Virus record (IMG/VR): IMGVR_UViG_3300049712_000011
Span: 4,365-68,364 of that record
Origin: a virus
Lineage: Duplodnaviria; Caudoviricetes
Strand: one strand, 5' to 3'
DNA: 64,000 nucleotides
Part shown: positions 8,629-18,665 of the stretch, piece by piece
Layout: every line of letters begins with the position of its first letter
How positions within the stretch are numbered: position 1 is the first letter of the stretch
Program-made: the position numbers and the translations under genes
Notes under the pieces: model-generated
The model's input: the letters and a program-made list of their open reading frames with translations, nothing else
What the model was told of the DNA's origin: nothing
Database searches by the model: none

Positions 8629-11500
8629 CCAAGACCTCAGTAAGATTCTCAAAGAGACAGGGCAGTTTCAAGCAGAGTATTTGAAACTGCCTTCGTCTGC
8701 TAAACCCAATACCTGTAAGTTGCCAGATATCGTGGACGTTACGATTGATCTGGACCCTATCGACTTACCAGATATCACAAAGATCTGTGCTCCTACATTC
8801 GTGGAATTCCCTATCATCCCCGAAATCTTTCCACCACCGGAAAGCTGTGAAAATGGTATAGTGTTCAAGCCTCATGAAATCTCCGTGTTGGGTAAACCAG
8901 GAGGTACAGAGTTGGACGTAATACCCGTCAGCATTAAGCAGGATAAGGTTGATTTCTGTGACTACGACATTGTCATTCCACCTATAGTCATCCCGTGTTA
9001 TCCGTACGGGCCGAACATAAAAGGTTCTGCAAAGATCAGCGTAATTGATCTGAATAACCAGACGTCTACAACATCAAGTCTGTCGATTAACAAACGTCCT
9101 GACGCCGACTGTATATGGGACTTTGTAGGCGATGACATTACCATTACAATCCCTGAGATTCCATGTGAAGAGGGTATTTCCTTCAACCCTGGTATCATGG
9201 AGATTAACTCCACTTGCCCAATAGTCCCTACTACTCAGCATATAGTTACAATCACTCCTACGTCAGAGCCTTGCACCTTTGACATTAGGATGCCTGAGAT
9301 TACCATTCCGTGTTATCCTGACGGACCTAGAGTCCATGGAGACATTACAATTCGTGTTCACGACCGTGAAGATGTGACCGAAAGTACGGTAGGATTTAGA
9401 CCGACCGCTAGTTGCTGTGATTTTAGATTGGGAGGTACAGTTGACCTGAACATACCTTGCCAAGACGGTATTAACTTTGTTCCTACGGATGTGATAGTTA
9501 GATCGTCTGTTGATGCTGACCCAGTTAGCCTGCCTCTGACTATCGAGCAAGCAGAAGATCAATGTAATTTTGAAGTCACCTTTCCAGAATTGGTTATCCC
9601 TTGCTACCCTGGTGGTATTATTTACGATGGTCAGATTCAGTTCCACACCATTGATAACCATGTCTTAGAAGACAAGATAGATTTCAACGCCATCAAGGAT
9701 CCGAATACTCCGTGTAAATGGAATCTGGAAGAAGTGGACATTGAGTTACCAATTCCTGACTGTGGTGGAGGTATTACATTTAGTTCCTCTGGCCTAGTCA
9801 TTAAAGCTAATGCAGCTACAGTTATTCCTGCAGTCTCTGATACTACAGGAAAGAAGCGTTGGAACAACATTGTACTACAACGCAATGAAGGTAACAACTG
9901 TGGTGCAGAACTAACAGGTGAGCTTAACCTAGGACTCCCAAACTTTGTCACACAGTGTAGCGCGTTGTCGTTAGGCCCTAAGAACGCAATGACAGTCACG
10001 TATGACCTGTCTAAGGAGCCTTCCACTGTGATAGGTTTAAAAACCCTGGACGACGGCTGCGGCTTTGAATTCCTCACTACAGACTTTAACATCCCAGCTT
10101 TGGCCTGCGGTCCTTCCGCGCCATATCAAGTTAAGTCTAGCCTGGATGTGTATGTAGGTACCAGGAAGCTAGTAGGTAATGAGAACACAGTGCAAATTAA
10201 GCCAGTTCACCTTGATTCACCACATTGTGGTATCGAGCTTCTAGGCCAGATTAAACTACCTGATATCACACCATCTGGAGGCTCGTTCAATTATCTGAGC
10301 TGGAACTTCTTTGGAAATGGTGAGGATGAGGGCTACCCACAAGGCACTGTAGCTTCAATCGTGTTTCCTGAAGGAGACCGCTGTGCCTACCGAGTTGTTG
10401 CTGAAGAGGCTGCCGCTGGTGTAGCACCTACAAGCCCGGATGCTACTGGAGTATGGCAGAGCTTAGGATGCTCTCCAGATACTAAGAATTTTCATCCATT
10501 CAAAGTGATTAGAACTTTGAGAAACAATGACCAGCCAGGTGGAGACACCTTTGACCACTCTTATGTAAAGGTAGTTCCGCGCTCCTACTTGTACAAAGAT
10601 ATTAAGGCCGACTCTTTGGTTAGGATCTATGGTCTAGAGACACCATTCTCTGTGGACGAGAATCAGAACATTTACTTGGAATGTGTATTCGATGCTGTAG
10701 GCGCTAATATCACACTCAAGCACGCGGCTATTGCTGTTGATGAAGAGTGGGACGATGAATTAGACGCTGACGTGCCTTCTGTATACGATGGGTTAATTAA
10801 AACCATTCGACCAGCTGACGCAACTAAGCTAATGAACACACTCTATACAGACTTTGGTACCTTAAAGTATGTAGGCATTACAGAGGCTGAACGCTTGGAG
10901 ATGAGAACAGCTGAGGATGACATTCTCCTTAGACTCTCTCAGCTCAAAGACAACCGTCCTCGTCAACTGAAAGCCTGGATACTTATTGCTAAAGCCACGA
11001 GTGGCAAAGTTAAAGGGAATGACGATCCTGACGAGGTAGCTGATGTGCTGCTACGTAAGGCTGATAAGCAGTACTCTATTGAACAGAAACTTAGACAACA
11101 CGTACTCTTGGTTACAAAGAATGAGGACAACGTGCCTGTAGTTGTATTGCAACCCTATGAAGGTAATGGTGATAAGTTCACAGAAGTGGATGTTCCAGCA
11201 ATATCAGTTGTAGGCCAGTTGAACGGATCTGAGGAAGAAGTTAAGATCTCTTTCACCTTATCTCCTCAAACGGACATTTTCCAGAAGCCAGCAAGTATAG
11301 GAGTAAATAGTTCAGACATTCACATTTACTATACTACTGACGGTTCATACCCAACTATCAATATCGTGGAGAATGCCAACTGCTATTTATACGAAGGCGA
11401 AGCTACATTCCCAGCTGAGATCATTGATGGCGGTATAATGTACATGGCTATCAGTGGACAATTTAAGCGTAGTGAAATTAAAAGTCTAGAGGTGTCATGA
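8615..11500 (+). CDS. large Cys/Pro/Ile-rich repeat protein, probably a tail/baseplate component
   Basis: About 100 aa repeats (C..GI.F....C.F...P(E)I.IPC.P.G) in the N-terminal half. Confidence 0.5.
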   Translation: MAQLNQDLSKILKETGQFQAEYLKLPSSAKPNTCKLPDIVDVTIDLDPIDLPDITKICAPTFVEFPIIPEIFPPPESCENGIVFKPHEISVLGKPGGTELDVIPVSIKQDKVDFCDYDIVIPPIVIPCYPYGPNIKGSAKISVIDLNNQTSTTSSLSINKRPDADCIWDFVGDDITITIPEIPCEEGISFNPGIMEINSTCPIVPTTQHIVTITPTSEPCTFDIRMPEITIPCYPDGPRVHGDITIRVHDREDVTESTVGFRPTASCCDFRLGGTVDLNIPCQDGINFVPTDVIVRSSVDADPVSLPLTIEQAEDQCNFEVTFPELVIPCYPGGIIYDGQIQFHTIDNHVLEDKIDFNAIKDPNTPCKWNLEEVDIELPIPDCGGGITFSSSGLVIKANAATVIPAVSDTTGKKRWNNIVLQRNEGNNCGAELTGELNLGLPNFVTQCSALSLGPKNAMTVTYDLSKEPSTVIGLKTLDDGCGFEFLTTDFNIPALACGPSAPYQVKSSLDVYVGTRKLVGNENTVQIKPVHLDSPHCGIELLGQIKLPDITPSGGSFNYLSWNFFGNGEDEGYPQGTVASIVFPEGDRCAYRVVAEEAAAGVAPTSPDATGVWQSLGCSPDTKNFHPFKVIRTLRNNDQPGGDTFDHSYVKVVPRSYLYKDIKADSLVRIYGLETPFSVDENQNIYLECVFDAVGANITLKHAAIAVDEEWDDELDADVPSVYDGLIKTIRPADATKLMNTLYTDFGTLKYVGITEAERLEMRTAEDDILLRLSQLKDNRPRQLKAWILIAKATSGKVKGNDDPDEVADVLLRKADKQYSIEQKLRQHVLLVTKNEDNVPVVVLQPYEGNGDKFTEVDVPAISVVGQLNGSEEEVKISFTLSPQTDIFQKPASIGVNSSDIHIYYTTDGSYPTINIVENANCYLYEGEATFPAEIIDGGIMYMAISGQFKRSEIKSLEVS

Positions 11501-12498
11501 ACGACGCTAGGTATTACCCATTTAACGCCGGCAACATAAAGGAGGAGCCGAGGCCTCTTATTACTACTACTTACTTCAATGATGTAGGTTTACGTAATAC
11601 TAATGCCAGTGGTAACCATGTGAGTACGGCAGTAGGGTACGGTACTAATTGGCCTATTGGCCTACTCCCATCTTCCATATATGACCTCTGGGCAAATGTA
11701 AAAATGCTCGGATACCATGTTAACGTAGCGTTCCTAAACAGTGTAGACTTTGACTCAGGCCTTGGAACTAGCATTGACTACTACAACATGGAGAACCTTA
11801 ATGCCCAAGGGGTTCTACGCAGATGTTTCATTTCTTCGGGCACTATGTTCAAGAATGCCTTTAAGAGCTTTCCGAGGAAAGGTTCTGCAAACTCTAAAGC
11901 TACTACAGACGATATTCTCATAGACTTCACAAAGAGCTTCTACGACCTTCGTCAACCAGGCCAGCAAGGTAAGGCTTTGTATTGGTTTCCATACATTAAG
12001 CTAGCCATAGCTGGGCAACATGGCTATATCACAAATGGAGCTAGCGCCAATCCCGCCATTGAATTCCAAGGTATGGCCATCCCAAGTGTGCCTCTTGAAG
12101 TCAGAAATGGAGCTGCGGGAATACCAATTTTAGACCCAATCGTACACCGTGCTGATTTTCAAATCATCGAGCGTTACGATCAGATCACCTTTACACCTAG
12201 GCGAGCTGTAGCGGGACAGACAGAAATCACAATCACAATTCCACCATACAACACAAACTATGACAGCACAGAATGGAGAGACGGATTCGCTGATGTTACG
12301 AATTTGGACTTCGGTGGCGTCAGTATTTCAACCTTCACAAAAGTACCCAACGACCAAGGAGTTATTGAAAGCATTAGAGTCACACCGCCAATCGGAAGCA
12401 GGTCAGATGTCATTAAATTTACTTCTGTCGCAAATACCGACAAACCTGAACTTACCACCGACTACTATCACACACAGGACATCCTCTACATCGATTAA
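11497..12498 (+). CDS. hypothetical protein, probably structural
   Basis: 333 aa ORF coupled to the repeat protein. Confidence 0.5.
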   Translation: MNDARYYPFNAGNIKEEPRPLITTTYFNDVGLRNTNASGNHVSTAVGYGTNWPIGLLPSSIYDLWANVKMLGYHVNVAFLNSVDFDSGLGTSIDYYNMENLNAQGVLRRCFISSGTMFKNAFKSFPRKGSANSKATTDDILIDFTKSFYDLRQPGQQGKALYWFPYIKLAIAGQHGYITNGASANPAIEFQGMAIPSVPLEVRNGAAGIPILDPIVHRADFQIIERYDQITFTPRRAVAGQTEITITIPPYNTNYDSTEWRDGFADVTNLDFGGVSISTFTKVPNDQGVIESIRVTPPIGSRSDVIKFTSVANTDKPELTTDYYHTQDILYID

Positions 12499-13181
12499 TG
12501 TTCAGGGATTTTCACCTGCTTATCAAGTACAGTCTCGTGGTCAAACCACTTTAGCTTTCCGTCCGGAGTCTTCATCACCCGGTAGAGCCTGCCATCACGG
12601 CCTTTCACAACATTGTGAGCTATGTAGTTCGTGACACCTACACGTTCTGATTCCATGATGTGTACAGGATCGAAGAAGCCGAAGGATGAAGTATTGACCT
12701 GACGAGATTCGTCTGGAACAGCTTCAATGGATGGAATACCACCTGGGCCTAGTTTGGTTACACGGTGACTGTTATCCCAATGTTCGAGAGGATTAATTCC
12801 GTCGACGTTTTGAGATAGTGCGTTACCTATGATAACTGAACGCACTTGAGGAGTGAAGAAGCCTGGAGTTAACCAAGACAGGTTCTTCTTCTGCTGCATC
12901 TTTTGTGCAGCTTTCTGCTGAATTCTTCCTGCGTCTCTAGTAATATGTTCCTCGATAAAATCTTCGAGGCCCATGAACTTAGAGAACTTGAGATTATCAC
13001 GATCGTCTGGGTCAACTTCACCCTTGTTGACCTTGATCAATTTCTGAGAAGAAGCTAGTAAGACGTTAGGAGATATAGAGCCTTCGTCTACACCTATGTT
13101 GCGCTTAACAATGCTGCTATCCAATTGAGTTTTACCAAGCCATTCTTTAATTTTGGCGACCTTTTCAGTCTTCGTTAACAT
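12495..13181 (-). CDS. rpoB: RNA polymerase beta subunit, internal piece
   Basis: DPDDRDNL (DDIDHL-like), INPLEHWDNSHRVTKLGPGG (fork loop), FGFFDPVHIMESERVGV (CPIETPEGxNIGL-like). Confidence 0.8.
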   Translation of the reverse strand: MLTKTEKVAKIKEWLGKTQLDSSIVKRNIGVDEGSISPNVLLASSQKLIKVNKGEVDPDDRDNLKFSKFMGLEDFIEEHITRDAGRIQQKAAQKMQQKKNLSWLTPGFFTPQVRSVIIGNALSQNVDGINPLEHWDNSHRVTKLGPGGIPSIEAVPDESRQVNTSSFGFFDPVHIMESERVGVTNYIAHNVVKGRDGRLYRVMKTPDGKLKWFDHETVLDKQVKIPEH

Positions 13182-13209
13182 AATAGAATCTTATTGTAAA
13201 AAAGAGGTG

Positions 13210-13239
13210 TTGACAATCTCTTTGTAAGTTAACTAAAGT
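13210..13239 (+). promoter_or_regulatory. sigma70-like promoter
   Basis: TTGACA, 18 nt spacer, TAAAGT heading the nucleotide metabolism cluster. Confidence 0.5.
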
Positions 13240-13253
13240 AAAGCCATATCAAT

Positions 13254-13451
13254 ATGCAGCTGGATATTACTTTTGACACAGAAGCGGAAGAAATCGCAAT
13301 CGTCGTTGACGATCACAATGTTATTAAACTAGGTTTTGACTCAGGAGATGTCATACCAATTAACAGAGCAGCTAGAGTTATGAGTGACGAAGACTCAGAC
13401 CTATACGAAACTTTAGCTGAGATCGCCAATGTACTGTTTGTGATGGAATAA
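13254..13451 (+). CDS. small acidic hypothetical protein
   Basis: 65 aa ORF after the promoter. Confidence 0.55.
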   Translation: MQLDITFDTEAEEIAIVVDDHNVIKLGFDSGDVIPINRAARVMSDEDSDLYETLAEIANVLFVME

Positions 13452-13492
13452 TCTTCTTGCCCTTACCACAGCCTATGTTAGGCTGAGTCCCT

Positions 13493-13942
13493 ATGCACCA
13501 AAGACCTAATTGGGACGAATACGCACTAAGCCTTGCTATAACAGCAGCGGCCCGGTCTGAGGACCCTTGGAGACAAGTAGGAGCGTGCGCCCTTCGACAC
13601 GATAATTCTGTTGCAGCTACAGGCTACAATGGAACAATCCCTGGAGTTATTGTAGATTGGAGCGACAGGCCCAATCGACAGAAATACGCAATTCACGCTG
13701 AACGTAATTGCTTGAACTATGTTAGACCCGGTGAGTGTAGGCTGATAGCCTGCCACTATATGCCGTGTCCTGAGTGCTTGAAAGAGATAGCACTTAAGCG
13801 GATTCCTCGTATTGTTTACTTAGAGGAATACGCTGTTAATGGTACCGAACCTGTGACGGAGCAGGTTAAAGAGCTGGCAAAACTGTTTAAAATAGAGCTA
13901 GTACACCTCGCCAATTATCCGTCAACCCAAAAAACTTCCTGA
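13493..13942 (+). CDS. dCMP deaminase
   Basis: HAERNC and PCPEC zinc motifs, VGAC, GYNG. Confidence 0.9.
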   Translation: MHQRPNWDEYALSLAITAAARSEDPWRQVGACALRHDNSVAATGYNGTIPGVIVDWSDRPNRQKYAIHAERNCLNYVRPGECRLIACHYMPCPECLKEIALKRIPRIVYLEEYAVNGTEPVTEQVKELAKLFKIELVHLANYPSTQKTS

Positions 13943-14029
13943 ACGAAATTAGTTGGATTGATTAGCACCTTTTGTAACGCTAATCTTCTAAACAGACACA
14001 CTCGTGTCTACGACTAATGGAGATAAATT

Positions 14030-14359
14030 ATGACATTTAACGAATATTCGATTGCCGCAGCCAAGACTGCGAAGTACCCACAAGACGTTGCTCTGGCCTA
14101 TTTAACCTTAGGTCTGACTGGCGAAGCTGGTGAGGTAGCCAACAAGTATAAGAAGGTAATCCGAGGCGATGACAATGGAGAACTAACCTTTGAGCGTATC
14201 TCTGCTATGAGGAGCGAGATTGGAGATTGCCTTTGGTATCTTGCTCGTTTGGCAGATGAACTAGGAACCAACCTCGAGACTATTGCCAAAGAGAACATTG
14301 TTAAGCTGGCCTCCCGTGATGAACGTGGCACGATCCAGTCTGATGGAGACGTTCGATAA
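14030..14359 (+). CDS. mazG: MazG-like NTP pyrophosphohydrolase
   Basis: LGLTGEAGEV...EIGDCLWY. Confidence 0.85.
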   Translation: MTFNEYSIAAAKTAKYPQDVALAYLTLGLTGEAGEVANKYKKVIRGDDNGELTFERISAMRSEIGDCLWYLARLADELGTNLETIAKENIVKLASRDERGTIQSDGDVR

Positions 14360-14361
14360 TT

Positions 14362-16839
14362 ATGGCTGATACACAAGTTGCTTACAATACAAACGGCTGG
14401 TCCTATGCTGATGCACTGAAACTTTCCGAGAAATACTTTGACGGCGACGAGATCGCGGCTAAAGTATATCTCGATAAGTATGCGCTGAAGTATGGAGACC
14501 AAATTCTGGAACCATCGCCTCAATTTATGCACAGGCGCTTGGCAAAGGAATTCGCTCGTATAGAGAAGAAGAAGTTTAAGGACCCAATGAATGAAGAGCT
14601 GATCTTTGCCTACTTAGATCGGTTCAAGCATATCATTCCACAAGGGTCTCCTATGTATGGTATCGGAAATCCGTTCCAGATTGTTTCATTATCCAATTGT
14701 TATGTCGTATCGTCTCCTGAAGACTCTTATGGAGGAATCTTCAGGTCAGACGAAGAACTCGCTCAAATTTCTAAGCGTAGAGGTGGGACTGGAGCCGACA
14801 TCAGCAACCTTCGACCGGCGGGCGCTTCAACACATAATGCTGCCGTAAGTTCTACAGGTGCTACATCATTCATGCATAGGTTTAGTAACACTATCCGTGA
14901 AGTAGCTCAGAACGGTCGTCGCGGAGCTTTGATGTTGACCATGTCGGTACATCATCCGGATATTGTAGGATTCGTTACAATCAAGAACGACGAGAAGAGT
15001 GTTACTGGAGCCAACATCTCCATACGCTTAACGGATGAGTTCATGCAGGCTGTCGTAAAAGACAAAGATGTTGAGCTGCGCTGGCCTGTGAATGCAGAGA
15101 ACCCTAAGGTTAAAACAAAGATGTCCGCAAGTGAACTTTGGAGAACCATTATCCACAGCGCCTGGCTCAGAGCTGAACCTGGCTTGTTGTTTTGGGATAA
15201 CATCATTAAAGGCAGCTTACCTGACTGCTATGCTGATGAGGGCTTTGGAACTGTATCCACTAATCCTTGTTCTGAGATTCCGCTGTGTCCATATGACAGC
15301 TGCAGACTGTTAGTAGTCAACCCACTAACATATGTCAAAAATCCATTCACAGCAGATGCTTACTTTGAATATCAGGAATTCTCCTCCGTCTGTCGAGTGG
15401 CACAACGACTGATGGATGACCTGATTGACCTAGAGGTAGAGAAGCTAGATCAAATCATAGACAAAGTTAAGAAGGATCCAGAGGACTCTGAGATCAAGAG
15501 AGTAGAACTTGATCTGTGGAAGAAGATCAAAGATAAGTGTGTCCGAGGCCGTCGTACTGGAACAGGTATGACAGCACTAGGAGACACATTAGCTGCGCTT
15601 GGCATTCCATACGGCTCAGATGAAAGTATCAAGACGATCGAGAAGATCACTAAGACACTTAAATTGGGTGCCGTCCGTGCTTCAATGGAGATGGCTAAAG
15701 AACTCGGAGCATTTCCTATTTGGGACTGGAAGAAGGAGAAGAATCACCCATTCCTGTTACAAATTGCGAAGGAAGATCCAGAGCTCTATGCAAACATAGC
15801 TAAGTATGGTAGGAGAAACATCGCACTACTTACAATTGCACCTGTGGGTTCTGTTAGCTTGCTGACACAAACCACATCTGGAATTGAGCCCTTGTTCATG
15901 CTTGAGCCTTATACCAGGCGTAAGAAAGTTAATCCACAGGACAAGAATGCTCGTGTAGACTTCGTGGATCCTAACGGTGACACATGGCAAAATTTCGAGG
16001 TGTATCACCCAAGAGTTAAATCATGGATGGAGATTACCGGCGAAACTAACCTAAAGAAGTCTCCATGGTACAAGTGCTGTGCTAATGACATTGACTGGGT
16101 GGCTAGAGTTAAACTACAAGCCGCCGCTCAGAAACACATTGACCACGCCATAAGCTCAACTATCAATCTGCCTGAGGATGTATCAGAAGACAAGGTAGCG
16201 GAGATCTACGAGACCGCCTGGAAAGCCGGCTGCAAAGGTATCACTGTATACCGAAGCAACTGCCGAACTGGCGTGCTAGTAGAGAAGAAGGATGAAGGCA
16301 AGAGAGATACGATCGCAAAGACCACAGCGCCTAAACGTCCCGAGTTTCTGCGAGCAGAGGTTCATCACATGGCGGTTAAAGGACAGCCGTACTACGCTGT
16401 TGTAGGATTGTTAGAGAAAGATCCATACGAAGTGTTTACAGGTGTGAACGATGGTAAGAAGGATCTGTTCATTCCTAAGAACATCAAGGCTGGTCGAATC
16501 ATTAAGAAGGGACGTAAAGCTTACTATCTGCTATCTGAAGATGGTGTGGAATACGCGCTCAATAATGGACATGCAGATGACAGTGCAGATGCCCTTACAC
16601 GTATGATTAGTACAGCGTTAAGGCATGGCTCTGACATTAACTTCATCGTCCATCAGCTAGAGAAAACTAGTGGTGACCTTATGTCCTTCAGTAAGGTGCT
16701 AGCTCGTGCTCTAAAGAAATACATCAAAGACGGATCAGTCGTATCCGGAGAGGAATGCCCAACGTGTGAGAATAAAAGCTTGCGTCGTGAGAATGGTTGT
16801 ATATCCTGTCCTAATTGCGGTTGGTCTAAATGCTCATAA
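14362..16839 (+). CDS. nrdJ: ribonucleotide reductase, probably class II (B12-dependent)
   Basis: TNPCSEI, IAPVGS, TTSGIEP, AISSTIN; C-terminal Zn ribbon (CPTC..CPNC); no adjacent small subunit. Confidence 0.88.
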   Translation: MADTQVAYNTNGWSYADALKLSEKYFDGDEIAAKVYLDKYALKYGDQILEPSPQFMHRRLAKEFARIEKKKFKDPMNEELIFAYLDRFKHIIPQGSPMYGIGNPFQIVSLSNCYVVSSPEDSYGGIFRSDEELAQISKRRGGTGADISNLRPAGASTHNAAVSSTGATSFMHRFSNTIREVAQNGRRGALMLTMSVHHPDIVGFVTIKNDEKSVTGANISIRLTDEFMQAVVKDKDVELRWPVNAENPKVKTKMSASELWRTIIHSAWLRAEPGLLFWDNIIKGSLPDCYADEGFGTVSTNPCSEIPLCPYDSCRLLVVNPLTYVKNPFTADAYFEYQEFSSVCRVAQRLMDDLIDLEVEKLDQIIDKVKKDPEDSEIKRVELDLWKKIKDKCVRGRRTGTGMTALGDTLAALGIPYGSDESIKTIEKITKTLKLGAVRASMEMAKELGAFPIWDWKKEKNHPFLLQIAKEDPELYANIAKYGRRNIALLTIAPVGSVSLLTQTTSGIEPLFMLEPYTRRKKVNPQDKNARVDFVDPNGDTWQNFEVYHPRVKSWMEITGETNLKKSPWYKCCANDIDWVARVKLQAAAQKHIDHAISSTINLPEDVSEDKVAEIYETAWKAGCKGITVYRSNCRTGVLVEKKDEGKRDTIAKTTAPKRPEFLRAEVHHMAVKGQPYYAVVGLLEKDPYEVFTGVNDGKKDLFIPKNIKAGRIIKKGRKAYYLLSEDGVEYALNNGHADDSADALTRMISTALRHGSDINFIVHQLEKTSGDLMSFSKVLARALKKYIKDGSVVSGEECPTCENKSLRRENGCISCPNCGWSKCS

Positions 16840-17568
16840 ATGAAACAAGGTTACTTTATAACGTTTGAAGGGTCTGATGGCGCAGGTAAATCTACTCAGT
16901 TGGATTTACTCGCCCAGGCCCTGGAGATGCATGGATTCAATGTACTCAGAGTGCGTGAACCAGGCGGTACTCCTATTGGTGAGAAGATTCGACATATCTT
17001 TAAAGATCCGAATCTAAAGGAAATGTGCCCTGAGACGGAGCTATTCTTAGTGAATGCAGCTAGAGCTCAGTTGGTACGCGAAGTTATTAAGCCGGCGCTA
17101 GAAGCAGGCAAGGTAGTGCTATGTGATAGATACTACCATTCAACCGTGCTGTACCAGGCATTCGGTAGAGGATTGGACCAGAACATGGTTAAGGCAACAA
17201 TTCAGTTTGCCATCGATGGTGTGGTTCCTGATGTGACATTCTTGTTATTTCTCGAGCGAGAAGAAGCTAAAAAGCGTAGTAAGCTACGCGGAGCTAAAGA
17301 CAGGTTAGAGTCAGATCAGGAAGCATTCTTCGACCGCATTCAGCAAGGTATTGACTGGATGAAGGAAAATGCTAGCAACAAGTTAGTGCCTATCAACGCT
17401 AACGATTCCAAGGAGAATCTAGCGAATGAGATTTATCGTTGTACAGCAGCTCGCATCAGTGAGCTCGCTAAGTCTCAATTATCCATGAAGCCTCTTATAG
17501 TTGGGGCTGATGGTAAAGAAGTCAGTTTTCATAAGGAAATTTTATGCGCGGACATAACAGCAAAGTAA
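16840..17568 (+). CDS. tmk: thymidylate kinase
   Basis: FEGSDGAGKST, REPGGT, LCDRY. Confidence 0.92.
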   Translation: MKQGYFITFEGSDGAGKSTQLDLLAQALEMHGFNVLRVREPGGTPIGEKIRHIFKDPNLKEMCPETELFLVNAARAQLVREVIKPALEAGKVVLCDRYYHSTVLYQAFGRGLDQNMVKATIQFAIDGVVPDVTFLLFLEREEAKKRSKLRGAKDRLESDQEAFFDRIQQGIDWMKENASNKLVPINANDSKENLANEIYRCTAARISELAKSQLSMKPLIVGADGKEVSFHKEILCADITAK

Positions 17569-17714
17569 CTAAAACTCGTAAATACGAGGAGAAGGATAAA
17601 CGACTACAAGCAGCTAAAGAAGCTGTTAAGATCAAAAGTGATAAACCACTTTCAGATAAGTCTATCCTAAAGTTTGTTCAGGAAACGGAAGGCAAGAAGT
17701 TCAAGGACGTTTAA
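17544..17714 (+). CDS. small basic protein (56 aa, not in ORF track)
   Basis: MRGHNSKVTKTRKYEEK...; its stop overlaps the thyX start (TAATG). Confidence 0.5.
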   Translation: MRGHNSKVTKTRKYEEKDKRLQAAKEAVKIKSDKPLSDKSILKFVQETEGKKFKDV

Positions 17715-18421
17715 TGGAACCCGGATATACAATCCCAATTTTAGATCACGGTTTTGTTCGTTATATTGATCACATGGGTAGTGATCAGCGTGTGGTGGAG
17801 TCTGCTCGTATTAGTTGGAAGTCTGGCAGCAAGGGTGAAGAGCAGGATAAGAAGCTTCTCAATTTCTTGTGGAAGAACAAGCACACTAGTCCGTTTGAGA
17901 TGGTTAAGCTCACCTTAAACATCAAGATGCCCATCTTCGTAATGAGGCAATACGTCCGCCACCGTATGCAGAACCTTAATGAGGTATCTGCTAGGTATAC
18001 GGAGCTTCCCAACGAGTTCTATATACCTACCAGCTGGCGACCCCAGGATACTAAGAACAAACAGGGTAGTATAGACGTAGGAAACTGGAACCCTCCCATA
18101 GACAACTCTACCGCTCCATATACAGCTACTGACATCCTGAAGGCTACCTGTCAAGGCTGTTATAATACCTACCAGAGCCTGTTAAACGCAGGGGTAGCTA
18201 GGGAGATGGCTAGGATGGTTCTTCCGGTCAACATCTATACTGAGATCTACGCTTGTTGGGATCTTAAGAACCTCCTCCACTTCATAACCCTCCGAGAGGA
18301 TGCTCATGCCCAGGCTGAGATCCAAGAGTACGGGAGGGGTATCAAAGCTATATGCCAGGAACTATTCCCTTGGACTATGGAAGCTTTCGAGAAACATAAG
18401 TGGAAGTTGATAGAAGGCTAG
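17714..18421 (+). CDS. thyX: flavin-dependent thymidylate synthase
   Basis: HTSPFE, RHRMQNLNEVSARY, LREDAHAQAEI. Confidence 0.95.
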   Translation: MEPGYTIPILDHGFVRYIDHMGSDQRVVESARISWKSGSKGEEQDKKLLNFLWKNKHTSPFEMVKLTLNIKMPIFVMRQYVRHRMQNLNEVSARYTELPNEFYIPTSWRPQDTKNKQGSIDVGNWNPPIDNSTAPYTATDILKATCQGCYNTYQSLLNAGVAREMARMVLPVNIYTEIYACWDLKNLLHFITLREDAHAQAEIQEYGRGIKAICQELFPWTMEAFEKHKWKLIEG

Positions 18422-18457
18422 GTACCCCCTCCCCCTCCTGGGTAAGTACCCGTTTCA

Positions 18458-18638
18458 TGGTATAATAAGTAGATCAGCATGTTCGTAGTTATCGAACGTG
18501 TTGATCACTTCTTTAAGGCAGCTGCCGGTTTTTGATTTGTCGGCAGCTGCTGAGCTTTTGATGCACCCCAGGGTCCTTTTGGAAACAAGGGATTTACACC
18601 AAACGGACAAACTAGGGCTGCGAGGCCCTGGGGTGCAT
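18458..18638 (+). promoter_or_regulatory. extended -10 promoter followed by three strong hairpins (structured leader or sRNA)
   Basis: TGgTATAAT at 18458-66; stems 18473-505, 18518-550, 18561-638. Confidence 0.5.
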
Positions 18639-18665
18639 TCTGATTCAGTCTTCTTTTTCTTAACT

